64,000 nt of DNA. Origin: Malacoraja senta. Lineage: Eukaryota. Shown here one piece after another: positions 12,831 through 24,414 of the stretch. The DNA is taken from NCBI GenBank assembly GCA_038087875.1, contig CM075984.1, positions 21,328,001-21,392,000 on the forward strand. Direction: 5' to 3'. A program made the position numbers and the translations under genes. The notes beneath the pieces are model-generated. The model made no database searches and was not told the DNA's origin. It saw only the letters and a list, made by a program, of their open reading frames with translations. Positions within the stretch are counted from its first letter, which is position 1; each line of letters begins with the position of its first letter.

Positions 12831-12882
12831 TGCTTCAGGAGCAAGTGTGGTAGCAATCGATAACAAAATAGAACAGGCCATG
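12831..12882 (+). CDS. TSC22D2: TSC22 domain family protein 2, penultimate coding exon (52 nt, start of the TSC box)
   Basis: Acceptor tttgtttgtgttacAG, donor ATG|GTAAGT; encodes (S)ASGASVVAIDNKIEQAM, the invariant TSC-box start; phase 2 in, phase 0 out, joining in frame to the 15037 exon. Confidence 0.96.
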
Positions 12883-13064
12883 GTAAGTGAAATTATCCCA
12901 TTAATATTCAGTTTGTTTCCTTTTCAAATTAATGAAGTTCCCAAGAATTTTCTATTTACAACTTGCAAATTTGAGCTGCAAATGTAAGCTTGCATTTTAT
13001 TCTTTCCTTTTGATTTAAATAAGATTAGAATTTGTCAAAAAGTGGATCTCATCAAACTGGAAAG

Positions 13065-13465
13065 ACAAGGGACTGCACATGCTGGAATCTTTAACAAAAC
13101 ACTGTGCTGGCGGGTCAGGCAACCTCTGTAGAGGGAATGATTAGTCAATGTTTCGGGTCGGGACCCTTCTGCACAATAGCAGGAGAGCAGCAAAACCCTA
13201 AAGGAGGCTGGGGGGGTAGGGGCAGTGAATGACTGTCTATTGGAGGATGGAGGATAGGGGCAGTGAATGAATGTCTATTGGAGGCTGGGGGGTAGGGGCA
13301 GTGAATGAATGTCTATTGGAGGCTGGGGGGCAGGGGCAGTGTATAAATGTCTATTGGAGAGTATCTCGCTCTCAGTCTGAAAAGGGTCTCAACCCAAAAC
13401 GTCATTTATTCCTTTTCTCCAGACATGCTGCCTGACTAGCTTAGTTACTCCAGCTTTTTGTCTTA
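13065..13465. repeat. Fold-back Penelope-derived repeat with a central 38-bp minisatellite (about 13203-13360, 4 units)
   Basis: Unit GGAGGCTGGGGGGTAGGGGCAGTGAATGAATGTCTATT lies between inverted arms. Confidence 0.8.
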
Positions 13466-13494
13466 TCACCTCTTTCAGGAACAGCTTCTACTGA

Positions 13495-13690
13495 ATGAAG
13501 ATGGACACAAAAAGATGAAGTAACTCAGCGGGACAGGCAGCATCTCTGCAGAGAAGGGACAGGTGACGTTTCGGAACAACCCGAAATGTCACCCATTCCT
13601 TCTCCAGAGATGCTGCCTGTCCCGCTGAGTTACTTCAGCTTTTTGCGTTTATCTTCGGTTTACACCTCATCTGCAGTTCCTTCCTACACA
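13495..13690. repeat. Fold-back repeat derived from the Penelope terminal repeat
   Basis: Arms GAAGTAACTCAGCGGGACAGGCAGCATCTCTG...GGTGACGTTTCGG and CCGAAATGTCACC...CAGAGATGCTGCCTGTCCCGCTGAGTTACTTC; the same sequence ends the Penelope element at 58270-58350. Confidence 0.85.
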
Positions 13691-14442
13691 TTTCTACTGA
13701 ACGATCCTCATAGACTAATGCTGTCATCCTGATCACCCAACTGAAATCATTCAACTTGAACCTTTTAATCTGCCCTTTCTCTGTTGCTGCAACTCTAAGC
13801 TCTTTCTCTGTTGCTGTATTCCTGTCATTGTTGTAGGGCAATATTCTGCACTCTACTATTTTTCTCTTTGCATTAGCCGTTGTACTTGTGTATGGCTTAA
13901 TTGTATTTGTGTAGAGTATAATATGACTGGATAGCATACAAAGTTTCTCACTCTCTTGGTGCATGTGACACTAATATCCCAAAACCAAATGCTGCACTGC
14001 AGATGTTTGGGGGAAAAAAACATTAAATGTAACAATAATAGACTTAAAATTTAGCCAAGTAAATTAATAGCTCAACAGCACTGCGGCACCAGGTGGATGA
14101 CTGGCATTGTTTTGTGATATTTGAATCATGATTCCATGCAATATGGTCTTTGCCTCGGGGAAGTTTTCTGACTAGTTTTGCTATTTCTGGACTCTTGGAT
14201 GTAAGAATCTCTTCATTGTCTGTTTTACAAGTACTGGATGAAGAACAGGATTCTCACAAGCAGTCTTTAAAATGGGTATATGTGAGAATATCTATCAATG
14301 TGGTTGTAGGTAACATATAAGCCACGTCAATATTATAAATAAGCTAACAGTTTCTGTCTGAAGTGAGACTGGACAGTGCAGTGTGCAAGATGGTGAGGTG
14401 TGGGAGAGACTGAACACCTCATAAATGCTCAAAAGTTAGTTT

Positions 14443-14707
14443 GGGCAGTACAGTGGTAGAGCCACTGCCTCATATCGCCAGAGACGCGAGTTCGATCCTG
14501 ACTATGGGTGCTGTCTGTGAAGTTTGCACATTCTCCCTGTGTTGTCTCCCACATCCCAAAGACGTGCGGGTTTGTAAATTAATTGACTTCTAAATTGCCT
14601 CTGGTGTGTAGGGGGTGGATGCGAAAGAGGGATAACAGAATTAGTGTGAATGGGTGATCATTGAGTGTTGTGGGCTGTATGGCCTGTTTCCATATTGCAT
14701 CTTTCAA
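14443..14707 (+). mobile_element. HE1-like SINE in TSC22D2 intron
   Basis: B box GTTCGATCC, core and tail present. Confidence 0.82.
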
Positions 14708-15036
14708 TCCTTTTTGGACAGGAGACCATTTTGAAATCACTAATTCCTGCGGTAGAATAGTAGGTGTTTCTCATTGAGTCGATATTATAGGAGAGATAAT
14801 AATCATGAATGTCCATTAATGCTCTCCCTCTTGGCAAGAAAATTGATTTATTTCAAGTACATTTTTTGATGCAAAGTTTCATTGAGCAACAAGTATTCCA
14901 GGCTTGATCTCACTTCTGCCTTGTTTCCACAGTATCGTGATAACAAACTTAGCAGGACTTTTCTCTTTTCATGGAAGGATTTCAAGCCAGTGTGAAATCT
15001 ATTTCACTTAATGTGTGATTGTCTGTTTTAATGCAG

Positions 15037-15312
15037 GATTTAGTGAAAAGTCATCTGATGTACGCTGTGAGAGAGGAAGTGGAAGTCTTAAAGGAGCAGA
15101 TCAAAGAGCTGATTGAGAAGAACTGTATACTTGAACGAGAGAATTCCCTGTTAAAATCTCTAGCGAACAATGACCAGCTGACTCAGCTTCAAACGCAGGT
15201 GACCAACCTCAGTAGCACTTCCCAACCACAGCAGCCGGCAGCAGTAGCACAACCTCAACAAAATACACAACAGACGCAGCCTCCTCCGCAGCCTAACGTT
15301 CCTTCTGCATGA
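15037..15312 (+). CDS. TSC22D2: TSC22 domain family protein 2, last coding exon (TSC box, leucine zipper, Q/P-rich tail)
   Basis: Acceptor gtctgttttaatgcAG; encodes [48 protein letters not shown]...[11 protein letters not shown]. The C-terminus resembles TSC22D2 (PNVSSA), and adjacency to SERP1/EIF2A supports the D2 paralogue. Confidence 0.93.
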   Translation, partial: DLVKSHLMYAVREEVEVLKEQIKELIEKNCILERENSLLKSLANNDQLTQLQTQVTNLSSTSQPQQPAAVAQPQQNTQQTQPPPQPNVPSA

Positions 15313-16725
15313 AACTCGCTCGCCTGCATAGGAAATCCTTCAGAGAGGAGAAAAATAAGAAAAATCCTGTCTCTGTGTGCCACTGGTGTTCTTACCATTC
15401 TCCATTGAACAGCAAATAGCCATGCTTAAATGTGTTTTTTGCTCCTTGGCCTTTTCAGTATTAGACAATCATCTGCAAGAGCTTTCTGCCTGAGATGTCC
15501 CAGTTGGCATCAGCAAATGTGTGACTGCACAATCAGAGTTGGTTGAAGGATCTGAATCTTGTTGGAGAAAAGCGGATCTTCATCAGGTTAATGGACAAGA
15601 GGGTACCTCCATCTTTCTGGCTTACCAAGGTTTTTATATATATAAAAATAATATATATAAAATGCATATTATAGGAATCTGTAGGCCACGAGCCTTTTCC
15701 TGTCTAACATTAAGATCCAATAAGCAGCTCTGTTCGAAAAGAGCCACTGTTCTCGTAACTTTTTTGCATACATGAATTTTCATTTACTGTTTGTTTTTAT
15801 TTATTACAGGGCTGCTATTTTCATATGTATATGAACAATGTCACAGAATCTTTTTTTTTGTAAGTTTGAAATTAAAAGATAAGATTACTGGTAAAAGCAA
15901 GCGATAGTTGGGATTGCATATATTAGTTTAAAAAATATATAGGCAATAATAAAAAATTTTAAAAAATCCTGGCTTAAGAGTTCTAACACTAATGGCAGTT
16001 TTACCTTAGGGATTTTCTTCTGCAATAGTTGAATCCCAATTTGAATGTAAATTTTGTATAGAGTGTAAGTAATGTAAGGAAGAACATAGCAGACATGTAC
16101 AAGTAGGCACCAGACATTGCGATTTAAGACCTTGAAAGAATATTTGGGCTTTTTTTTGATAAAGAAAAATAAACTGCTCACTTCTGTTACTGATTTTTCT
16201 TTGTGGGTTTGGTGGGGGGAGAATTGCCATGATTGTTCTACATTTTTTTTTCTCCTTTCCTCAGAAGTATGTTTGGTGGGGATGGGGGGGGGGGGGGGGG
16301 GAAATAAGCTGTGAAATTGTTCAACCTACTTTGTAACCAAAGAAGCAAAGCTGTATCTGAATTCATTTATTTTGTACGCTTATTCTGTACGTATTTTAGT
16401 TTGTACTTTTTTTTTCTCGAGCTAATACATGCATCCTTTATTTTCCTTTTTAATCTTCAGCATGTTCTGCATGACCCCTTTGTCAAACCAGTTTCTTACC
16501 TCATGTTTTTACTGAGCACTCTTACTGTAACAAGTTTAGTCTGTGAACAATGTCCAATGAAAACTAAAACAGCTGGATTCGAGCTAGTGTTAAGTGCTAG
16601 TCAGAAAAAAAAATGGAGTGAGCCATCTTTTGTTTAAATGGTGTTTTGAATTTCATATGCATAAAGTTTTGTTACATTGCAGATTTTATTGTATTTAATA
16701 AATGCAACGTGCCGATTCAGATGTG
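15313..16725 (+). other. TSC22D2: TSC22D2 3'UTR with polyadenylation signal
   Basis: About 1.4 kb AU-rich stretch with no recognisable transposon after the stop; AATAAA at 16697-16702 followed by GT-rich sequence. End position estimated. Confidence 0.7.
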
Positions 16726-18113
16726 CGATTTGTCCTGTGTGGTTAAATTAAAATGAGCAAAACTGCAACAGTAGTTTAAAGAAAAATCTTTGTGTTTAAC
16801 TTCAAATGCAAGGCCTGAGACTGATCACAAATCCACTGCTTAAAAAACCCTACAAGATATCAAGCTGGTTCTTGGACATGCATAGAGTGTCTTTGGGGGT
16901 GGGAAGGTAGAGAGGAAATAAGAATGGCGACCAGGAGCACAAATAAACACCTTAAGTCGGCTTTGTCCTTTAAGATCTTGGCTGAATTCACTGTAACCTC
17001 CGCCCTTTATAACTATCAACCTGCTTTAACCTTGCCCCTCATCAAATATCTATGTACCTCTGCCTTAGAGAAATCAAATCTCTTTCCTCCACACTTAGGC
17101 AAAGAGTTCTTCAATCAGCTGTTATATGCTTTGTGGTGATCAACCTAAAATATGAATTCAGTTTCTCTCTCCACAGATGCTGCCTGACCTGCTAGGTGTT
17201 CCCAGTATTTTCAGTTTGGGTCCAACAATTGGCTCACTACCACTGCCCCTGATACCACCTCCTTGATTTCCTCCCTCCCCTTCCAATTCCTAACTCAGGC
17301 CTATTTCTGAAAAGTTGAAAACTCTAATGAACACTAGAGTTTAATTCATTTGCATAATAGTTTGCCATTATTAATTTGTCAGAATCTTTCCATAGGAAGA
17401 CTACCTGAATTGCAAATGGACATAAAATTGGCTTGTTCATCTTTTGGTTAATTACAGACTGGCCTGGTTAATTACATGTTAGCCTGGCTTAGTCCAAGTG
17501 ATTGTTTTACATGGGGAAAAGCTATTTATCCTGGGTCAGTACTGGAGTCTGCAACCACACACTCGTGCTGGGAATTCTGCAGGGTAAGTAGGTTATTGTG
17601 CTCTGTGGGAGTGGGAAGATTAGAAATAGCCAAAGTGGACCATTTGGCCCCTCATTCTTCTACCACCCATCAATAACATGTCTGATCAATTTGCTTCAAT
17701 CCTTCCGGTGCTAACCTGGTATCTCTTGAGCCCTGTAATATGTAGCACCATATCAATCTGCCTTGAAGGTACTTTGTGAACACCCACAGCTGTCTTGGGT
17801 AGAGAATGTCAATGACATTTCGTTTGGACCTCAAGGGGTCCAAATGACAAATTTGTCCCTCAAAAGACAAATAAATTGAATTGGAATTGAATTGGAATTG
17901 GAGAATGTCAAAGATTTCCTGTGTGTGTGAAGAAATCCCTTCTCATTGCCATCCTGAATGGTTGGCTCTCATTTGGAGGCAATGACCTCTGCATACCCAG
18001 CTTAATGAAATATTATCCTTGTACCAACTTTTGATGTGTCAGCAAGTTTACACTAAGTCCAGGCCCGAGGACCAACACAGAGAATATTCACTCGACTCAC
18101 TCTTTCGCAAGTA

Positions 18114-19744
18114 CAGTGCCCTCCATAATGTTTGGGACAAAGACCCATCAATTATTTATTTGCCTCTACTCCCCAATTTGAATTTTTAATAGAAAAAATC
18201 ACACGTGGTTAAAGTGCACATTGTCAGATTTTAATAAAGGCCATTTTTATACATTTTGGTTTCACCATGTAGAAATTACAGCAGTGCCCTGAAATGGTCT
18301 CCCCATATCAGGGCACCATATTGTTTGGGACACATAGCTTGTTTGTAATTGCTCAGGTGTGTTTAATGGCCTCCTTTATGCAGGTATAAGAGAGCTCTCA
18401 GCACCTGGTCTTTCCTCCAGTCTTTATCACATTTGGAAACTTTTATTGCTGTTTATCAACACGAGGACTAAAGTTGTACCAATGAAAGTCAAAGAAGCCA
18501 TTATGAGACTGAAACAAGAATCAAACAAGAATAAAACTGTTAGAGACATCAGCCAAACCTTAGGCTTACCAAAAACAACTGTTTGGAACATCATTAAGAA
18601 GAAAGAGAGCACTGGTGAGCTTACTAATCGCAATGGGACTGGCAGGCTACGGAAGACCTCCACAGCTGATGACAGAAGAATTCTCTCTAATAAAGAAAAA
18701 ATCCCCAAATACCAGTCCGACAGATCAGAAACACTCTTCAGGAGTCGGGTGTGGATTTGTCAATGACCACTGTCCACAGATTTACAGAAATACAGAGGCT
18801 ACACTGCAAGATGCAAACCACTGGTTAGCTGCAAAAATAGGATGGCCAGGTTACAGTTTGCCAAGAAGTACTTAAAAGAGCAATCACAGTTCTGGAAAAA
18901 GGTCTTGTGGTCAGATGAGATGAAGATTAACTTATATCAGAGTGATACAAGAGCAAAGTATGGAGCAGAGAAGGAACTGCCCAAGATCCAAAGCATACCA
19001 TCCCATCTGTGATACACAGTGGTGGGGGTGTTATGGCCTGGGCCTGTATGGCTGCTGAAGGTACTGGCTCACTTATCTTCATTGATGATACAACTGCTGA
19101 TGGTAGTATCATAATAAATTCTGAAGTGCATAGACACATCCTATCTGCTCAAGTTTAAACAAATGCCTCAAAACTCATAGGCCAGCGGTTCATTCTACTG
19201 CAAGACAATGATCCCAAACATACTGCGAAAGCAACAAAGGATATTTTCAAAGCTAAAAAATGGTCAATTCTTGTGGCCGACAATCATACAATCTGAACCC
19301 AACTGAGCATGCCTTTTATAAGCTGAAGAGAAAACTGAAGGGGACTAGCCCCCAAAACAAGCATAAGCTAATAAAGATGGCCGTAATACAGGCCTGGCAG
19401 AGCATCACCAGAGAAGACACCCAGCAACTGGTGAGGTCCATGAATCGCAGACTTCAAGCCGTCATTGCATGCAAAGGATGTGCAACAAAATACTAAACAT
19501 GACTACTTTCATTTACATGCCATTGCTGTGTCCCAAACATTATGGTGCCCTGAAATGGGAGGACTATGTATAAACACTGATGTAATTTCTACATGGTGAA
19601 ACCAAAATGTATAAAAATGGCCTTTATAAAAATTTGACAATGTGCACTTTAACCACATGTGCTTTTTTTCTATTCCAAATCTCAAATTGTGGAGTACAGA
19701 GGCAAATAAATAAATGTCTGTCTCAAACATTATGGAGGGCACTG
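18114..19744 (+). mobile_element. Tc1/mariner DNA transposon (DD34E-type, IR/DR), defective copy 1
   Basis: TA target duplication; termini CAGTGCCCTCCATAATGTTTG...CAAACATTATGGAGGGCACTG; about 200-bp inverted repeats with an inner direct repeat; transposase remnants (LGLPKTTVWNIIKK, WSDE, QDNDPKH, LNPTEH) broken by frameshifts. Confidence 0.95.
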
Positions 19745-20788
19745 TATATAATTATTTCTTCTAAAATCCTATTGAAAATAAGCCGATTCTGACCACCCCT
19801 CAATCTTTGGAATTAATCTTGTGAAGCCTCATTGAATCTGCCTGATTTTTCGTGTTCCTTCTAAGTAAATGTGTTGCTGATGGTTTGGTCTTGCTATATA
19901 TCATGAGGGAGTTCCTTATCCTCCTATTTCCTGTTTAATGCTGGTATATATTTGCCTTAATAGCTTTCTGTACCAGCATCTTATCTTGGATTTGTACAGT
20001 GATACCTAAATCCTTCAGGATACAGGTAGTATAACAGCATTTAAAAGACATTTGGCCAGGTATACTGACCTTTGTACAAAGAGGCAGCATTACTCGATGG
20101 ACGGACTGACCTGAGCCAGACGATCTTTGGTATATTCATTCAAGGGATCTGGGTTTTGCAGCCTTTAATTGCTCATCTAATTGTCCTTGAAGGTTGTAGT
20201 TTGCTACATTGATAATTCTGTGGAAATATGGAACAGCTGCTTCCCATGTTATCGACTTCTGCACGCTCTTCCATAACCTAGAACCAGTCTGATTCACCTT
20301 CACCCAATTGCAAGACAGTACCTTGTCCATGGAACTGGTGCATTACAATGCTGAGAACTATATTCTGCTCTAACTTCCTTTGCTCTACATATTCTACTTG
20401 AGTTTGCCTTGATTTTGTATTCCTGTTATGTGAGCTGTTTGGAGAGCATGCCAAACAATGCTTTTCACTGTGCCTCAGTATATGTGATAATAATAAACCT
20501 AAACCTGTCAACGATCTGTTTTGATTTTCAATGCATTGGGGTTGATGTTTGACCTGTTGTCTGGATATTAATTGGATTTCCCAACTGATGCCTGTGTTTA
20601 GAAGCGGACATCATTCTTTAATGTAGATCTTCACCTGCCCCATATCTCTTGCTGCCCATCTCCACGTACATCCTGCCCTCATCCTTTAACCTGTTGCTCT
20701 GCATCTGACCGGGCTGTGTGAGTCAGACTTGTGTTCCTGGGCATGCAGTGGCTTGAGAAATGCTTGGATCCAAGACTAGAGTGTACCT

Positions 20789-20845
20789 GAGGCAGTAATA
20801 GGAACAAGTTGAGAGGCAGTAATAGGAGCAAGTTGAGAGGCAGTG
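20789..20845. repeat. 24-bp tandem repeat
   Basis: GAGGCAGTAATAGGARCAAGTTGA repeated about 2.3 times. Confidence 0.8.
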
Positions 20846-21287
20846 GAGGAAACATCTGAAATCTTGCTCCCAGTGGCAAGGAACAAGGCCAGTCCACTGG
20901 GGACCAGGCGGCATAAAGGTTGCCAGCGTGGCAATTAACAAGCCGTTCTACCAATTCACTGGCCGTCTCATGGAAGACAAAGGTAAGCAAGTCAATTGCT
21001 TTGCTCAATCCCAGGACCCCAAAGTACCTTTCTAAATGTATTTTATTCATTATCCAGCATTAAAACACAGCATGTCTTCATGTTCATTGTACCATCAATT
21101 CAATATATTTTACAATGCAATCGTGGTTCCTGAAATAATTTGCCAATGAAGTGTGCTAGAATCTGTTACACAGGATCGAGCCCCAGCATGACTTTCTCAT
21201 AGTCCTTGCCTTAGCTGCACTTTGTGAGAAGCAAGGAAACAAGATTTATAAAAGGAAAGTAAACAAAAACACTAGAACAATACTGCA

Positions 21288-21550
21288 AGGGCAATGCAGT
21301 GGTGCAGTGCAAGAGATCTGGGTTTGATCCTGACCTCGGGTGCTGTCTGCGTGGAGATTGCACATTTTCCCCGTGATGGCGTGGGTTTCCTCCCAAAGAC
21401 GTGCGGGTTTGTAGGTTAACTGGCCTCTGTAAATTGCCCCGAGTGTAGGGTATGGATGAGAGAGTGGAATAACAGAACTAATGTTAATGGGTTATCTGTG
21501 GTCGGTGGGCCAAAGGGTTTGTTTCCTTGCTGCATCTCTAAACTAAACTG
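21288..21550 (+). mobile_element. HE1-like SINE
   Basis: Core and (CTAAA)n tail. Confidence 0.8.
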
Positions 21551-22164
21551 AATTTAAGCTGCCCAAGTGGAACATGAAATAATAACCAGATAGCCACAAA
21601 AAACATTACCTGTGTTCTGTCCAGCCCTTCTCCCATCTTCTTCCAATCAATCTGAAGAGTCCTGACCCTAAATGTCATCTATCCATGTTCTCCAGGGATG
21701 ATGCCTGACCTGCTGAGTTATTCCTGTATTTTGTGTCTATCTTCAGAATATGACATGCTCTTCTTCCAATCTGCATTTAGTGCCTCCTTATGAAGGAAGT
21801 GTTGTTTCCTATAAAATTCTGTTGAATACTGGCATTATATTCCATCCAGAAGCACATATGGACCTCGACCACAACCACTGCAGCAAACTGTAACATTTGA
21901 GATCACCAGGTTGTAAAGGTTCTGCCTCAAACCAAGCCAGAAGTTGTTGTAATATGTCCAATGTCCAGCAGATGGCAGAATGTGCACATGCTACAAAACA
22001 CAAACCATTAATTTAAAAAAAATCAGCTGCTGCTGTTCTTTCCTGCTGAGAAATACATCTATACTTATGTATTTTTGATAAGCTCACATTAATCAATTTC
22101 TACAATGGCAGTGCAGTTTACTGAAGCCACTCTTAACAAGAAATCAAAGCTCCAACAATTGATT

Positions 22165-22412
22165 CAACACCAGAGACCTGGATCGATCGTGACTACGGGT
22201 GCTGTCTGTGGCGTTTGTACATTTTCCCTGTGATCGCGTGGGTTTACTCCAGGTGCTCCGGTTTCCTCCCACCAAAGATGTACATGTTTGTAGATTAATT
22301 GGCTTTGGCAACATTGGTGAATTGTCCCCAGTGGGTAGAATAGTGCTAGTGTACGAGGTGATCACTGGTTAGCACAAACTCAGTGGGCCAAAGAGCCTGT
22401 TTCCGTGCTGTC
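22165..22412 (+). mobile_element. HE1-like SINE
   Basis: Core GGTGCTCCGGTTTCCTCCCAC and tail. Confidence 0.78.
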
Positions 22413-22749
22413 TCCTATCCATGTTCTCCAGAGATACTGCTTGACCCGCTAAGTTACTCCAGCACTTTGTGTCCTTTGATGTATTAACCAGCACTGCAGT
22501 TCTTTGTTTCTATAAAACATACATGACAGATGTTGGAAATCTTAAATACAATGCTGGAACGCTTAGCACATCAAGAAGCATGTGAGAAAAATTGTTAACA
22601 TTTCAGTCGTGAAAACCTTTGACAAAAACCCTAATCTACTTGGCTACGGGTTCTCTTCTCACCCCCAGTCATTCCGTCAATCTCTGCACCCAATCAACTG
22701 TTGCCATCCTTCATGTGCAAGGGAGAGAACTATTTTGGCAATTTGTCAG

Positions 22750-23365
22750 AAGGTGGCACAGCAGTCGAGTTGCTGACTTGCAGCACCAGAGACCCATGTT
22801 CAATCCTGACTATGGGTGATGTCTGTAGAGTTTGTACATTCTCCCTGTGACCAAGTGAATTTTCTCAGGTTTCCTCTCATATTCCAAAGATGTGCAGGTT
22901 TGTCGGTTAATTGGCTTCTGCAAATTGTATCTAGCGTAGGATAATAATAATAATAATAATGGATGGGATTTATATAGCGCCTTTCTAATACTCAAGGCGC
23001 TTTACATCGCATTATTCATTCACTCCTCAGTCACACTCGGTGATGGTGAGCTACTTCTGTAGCCACAGCTGCCCTGGGGCAGACTGACGGAAGCGTGGCT
23101 GCTAATTTGTGCCTACGGCCCCTCCGACCACCACCAATCACTCACACACATTCACACGCAGGCAAAGGTGGGTGAAGTGTCTTGCCCAAGGACACAACGA
23201 CAGTATGCACTCCAAGCGGGATTCGAACCGGCTACCTTCCGGTTGCCAGCCGAACACTTAGCCCATTGCGCCATCTGATAGAATTCGTGTACGAGGTGAC
23301 TGCTGGTCGGCATGGACTCAGTGGGTCAACGGGCCTGTTTCCATGCTGTATCTCGAAATAAAAAC
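22750..23365 (+). mobile_element. HE1-like tRNA-derived SINE (split by the CORE SINE)
   Basis: GGCACAGC A box, GTTCAATCC B box, GAGTTTGTACATTCTCCCTGTGACC core and CR1-like tail GGGCCTGTTTCCATGCTGTATCTC. Confidence 0.85.
22944..23276 (-). mobile_element. tRNA-derived CORE-type SINE with an L2-like tail (AFC-like), inserted in an HE1-type SINE
   Basis: Minus strand: A box TGGCGCAATGG, B box GGTTCGAATCC, CORE motif GTGTCCTTGGGCAAGACACTT, tail TGTAAAGCGCCTTGAG..AAAGGCGCTATATAAAT plus (TTA)n; GATA flanks both sides. Confidence 0.88.
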
Positions 23366-23879
23366 GAACCCTGCAGTGAATTCCCAGTTGCAGCCAATTC
23401 TAAACATTCTAAAAGGGTAGATAATACAAAATGCTGGAGTAACTCTGGGACAGGCAGCATCTCTGGAGAGAAGAAATGGGTGACGTTTCGAGTCGAGACC
23501 CTGCTTCAGACAGAGTCATGGGAAAGGGAAACGAGAGATATAGAACAAATGAATGAAATGCAAAAAATTAACAATGAAAAAGGAAACAGGCCACATTGTT
23601 AGCTGCAGCCAGGCAAGAACGAAAGCTGGTATGATTTGGGTGGGGGAGGGATGGAATGTTATTTAGGCTTTTGAGAAAGTTAAACCAGATTGCCCAAAGT
23701 TGCTCCTGTTTGTCGATGATCGATGTCACGATGTGATTTACTGCTATTTCATGAGGTGACCTCCCATTTTACATCTTAAGGGACTATTTTGTAATTACTG
23801 GTACAGTTTATTCCTCAGCCATAATGATGAATGGTTTAATTAAAGATTGAAAATGTACAGACAGTAGGAAGTGTCCTAC

Positions 23880-24200
23880 TCTTTCACTTGCAAGCGTTAC
23901 TTGCGCCTCCTCCAACCTCAGCTACTGTATCTGTTGTTCAAGATGTGGACTCCTGTACATCGATGAGACCAAACGTGGACTGGCCGATCGTTTTGCTGAA
24001 CACCTTCACTCAGTCCACGTGTACCTACCTGATCTCCCGGTTGCTAAACACTTTAATTCCCATTCCCACACTGACCTTTGTTTTCACTCTCCTCCATTGT
24101 CAGAGTGAGGCCAAATGCAAATTGGAGGAACAGCATCTCATATTTCACTTGTGCAGCTTACAACCCAGTGGTATGAATTTCTCTAACTTCAAGTAACCCT
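23880..24200 (+). mobile_element. Penelope GIY-YIG fragment
   Basis: LHCQSEAKCKLEEQHLIFHLCSLQPSGMNFSNFK. Confidence 0.85.
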
Positions 24201-24414
24201 TTTTTTGCAGTTCTTTCCTAAACATTAGATGAGGTGGCATCTCAACTAGTATTCTGCCTGACACCAAGAATCTTTTCTGTGTATTCTAGGAATTAAATTA
24301 TCTACCAGATCAATACCACTGTAAATAGTTAAAGGTGAATAGTTAAACTTGAACCATGATGCAAATGTGTGAGAGCAGTAACACAAATAAGGCAACTTCA
24401 CTGGCAAGAAAAAT

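Noticed and set aside
13203-13360. CRISPR-like appearance of 37-38-bp repeats (also 3570-3836)
   Set aside because: Head-to-tail units without unique spacers, no cas genes, vertebrate context.
15019-15036. ORF-track N-terminus MSVLMQ for TSC22D2
   Set aside because: Intronic; the acceptor AG at 15035-15036 defines the exon start at 15037.
23205-23276. tRNA gene on the minus strand
   Set aside because: A/B boxes belong to a SINE head that continues into CORE and tail; no complete cloverleaf acceptor stem.
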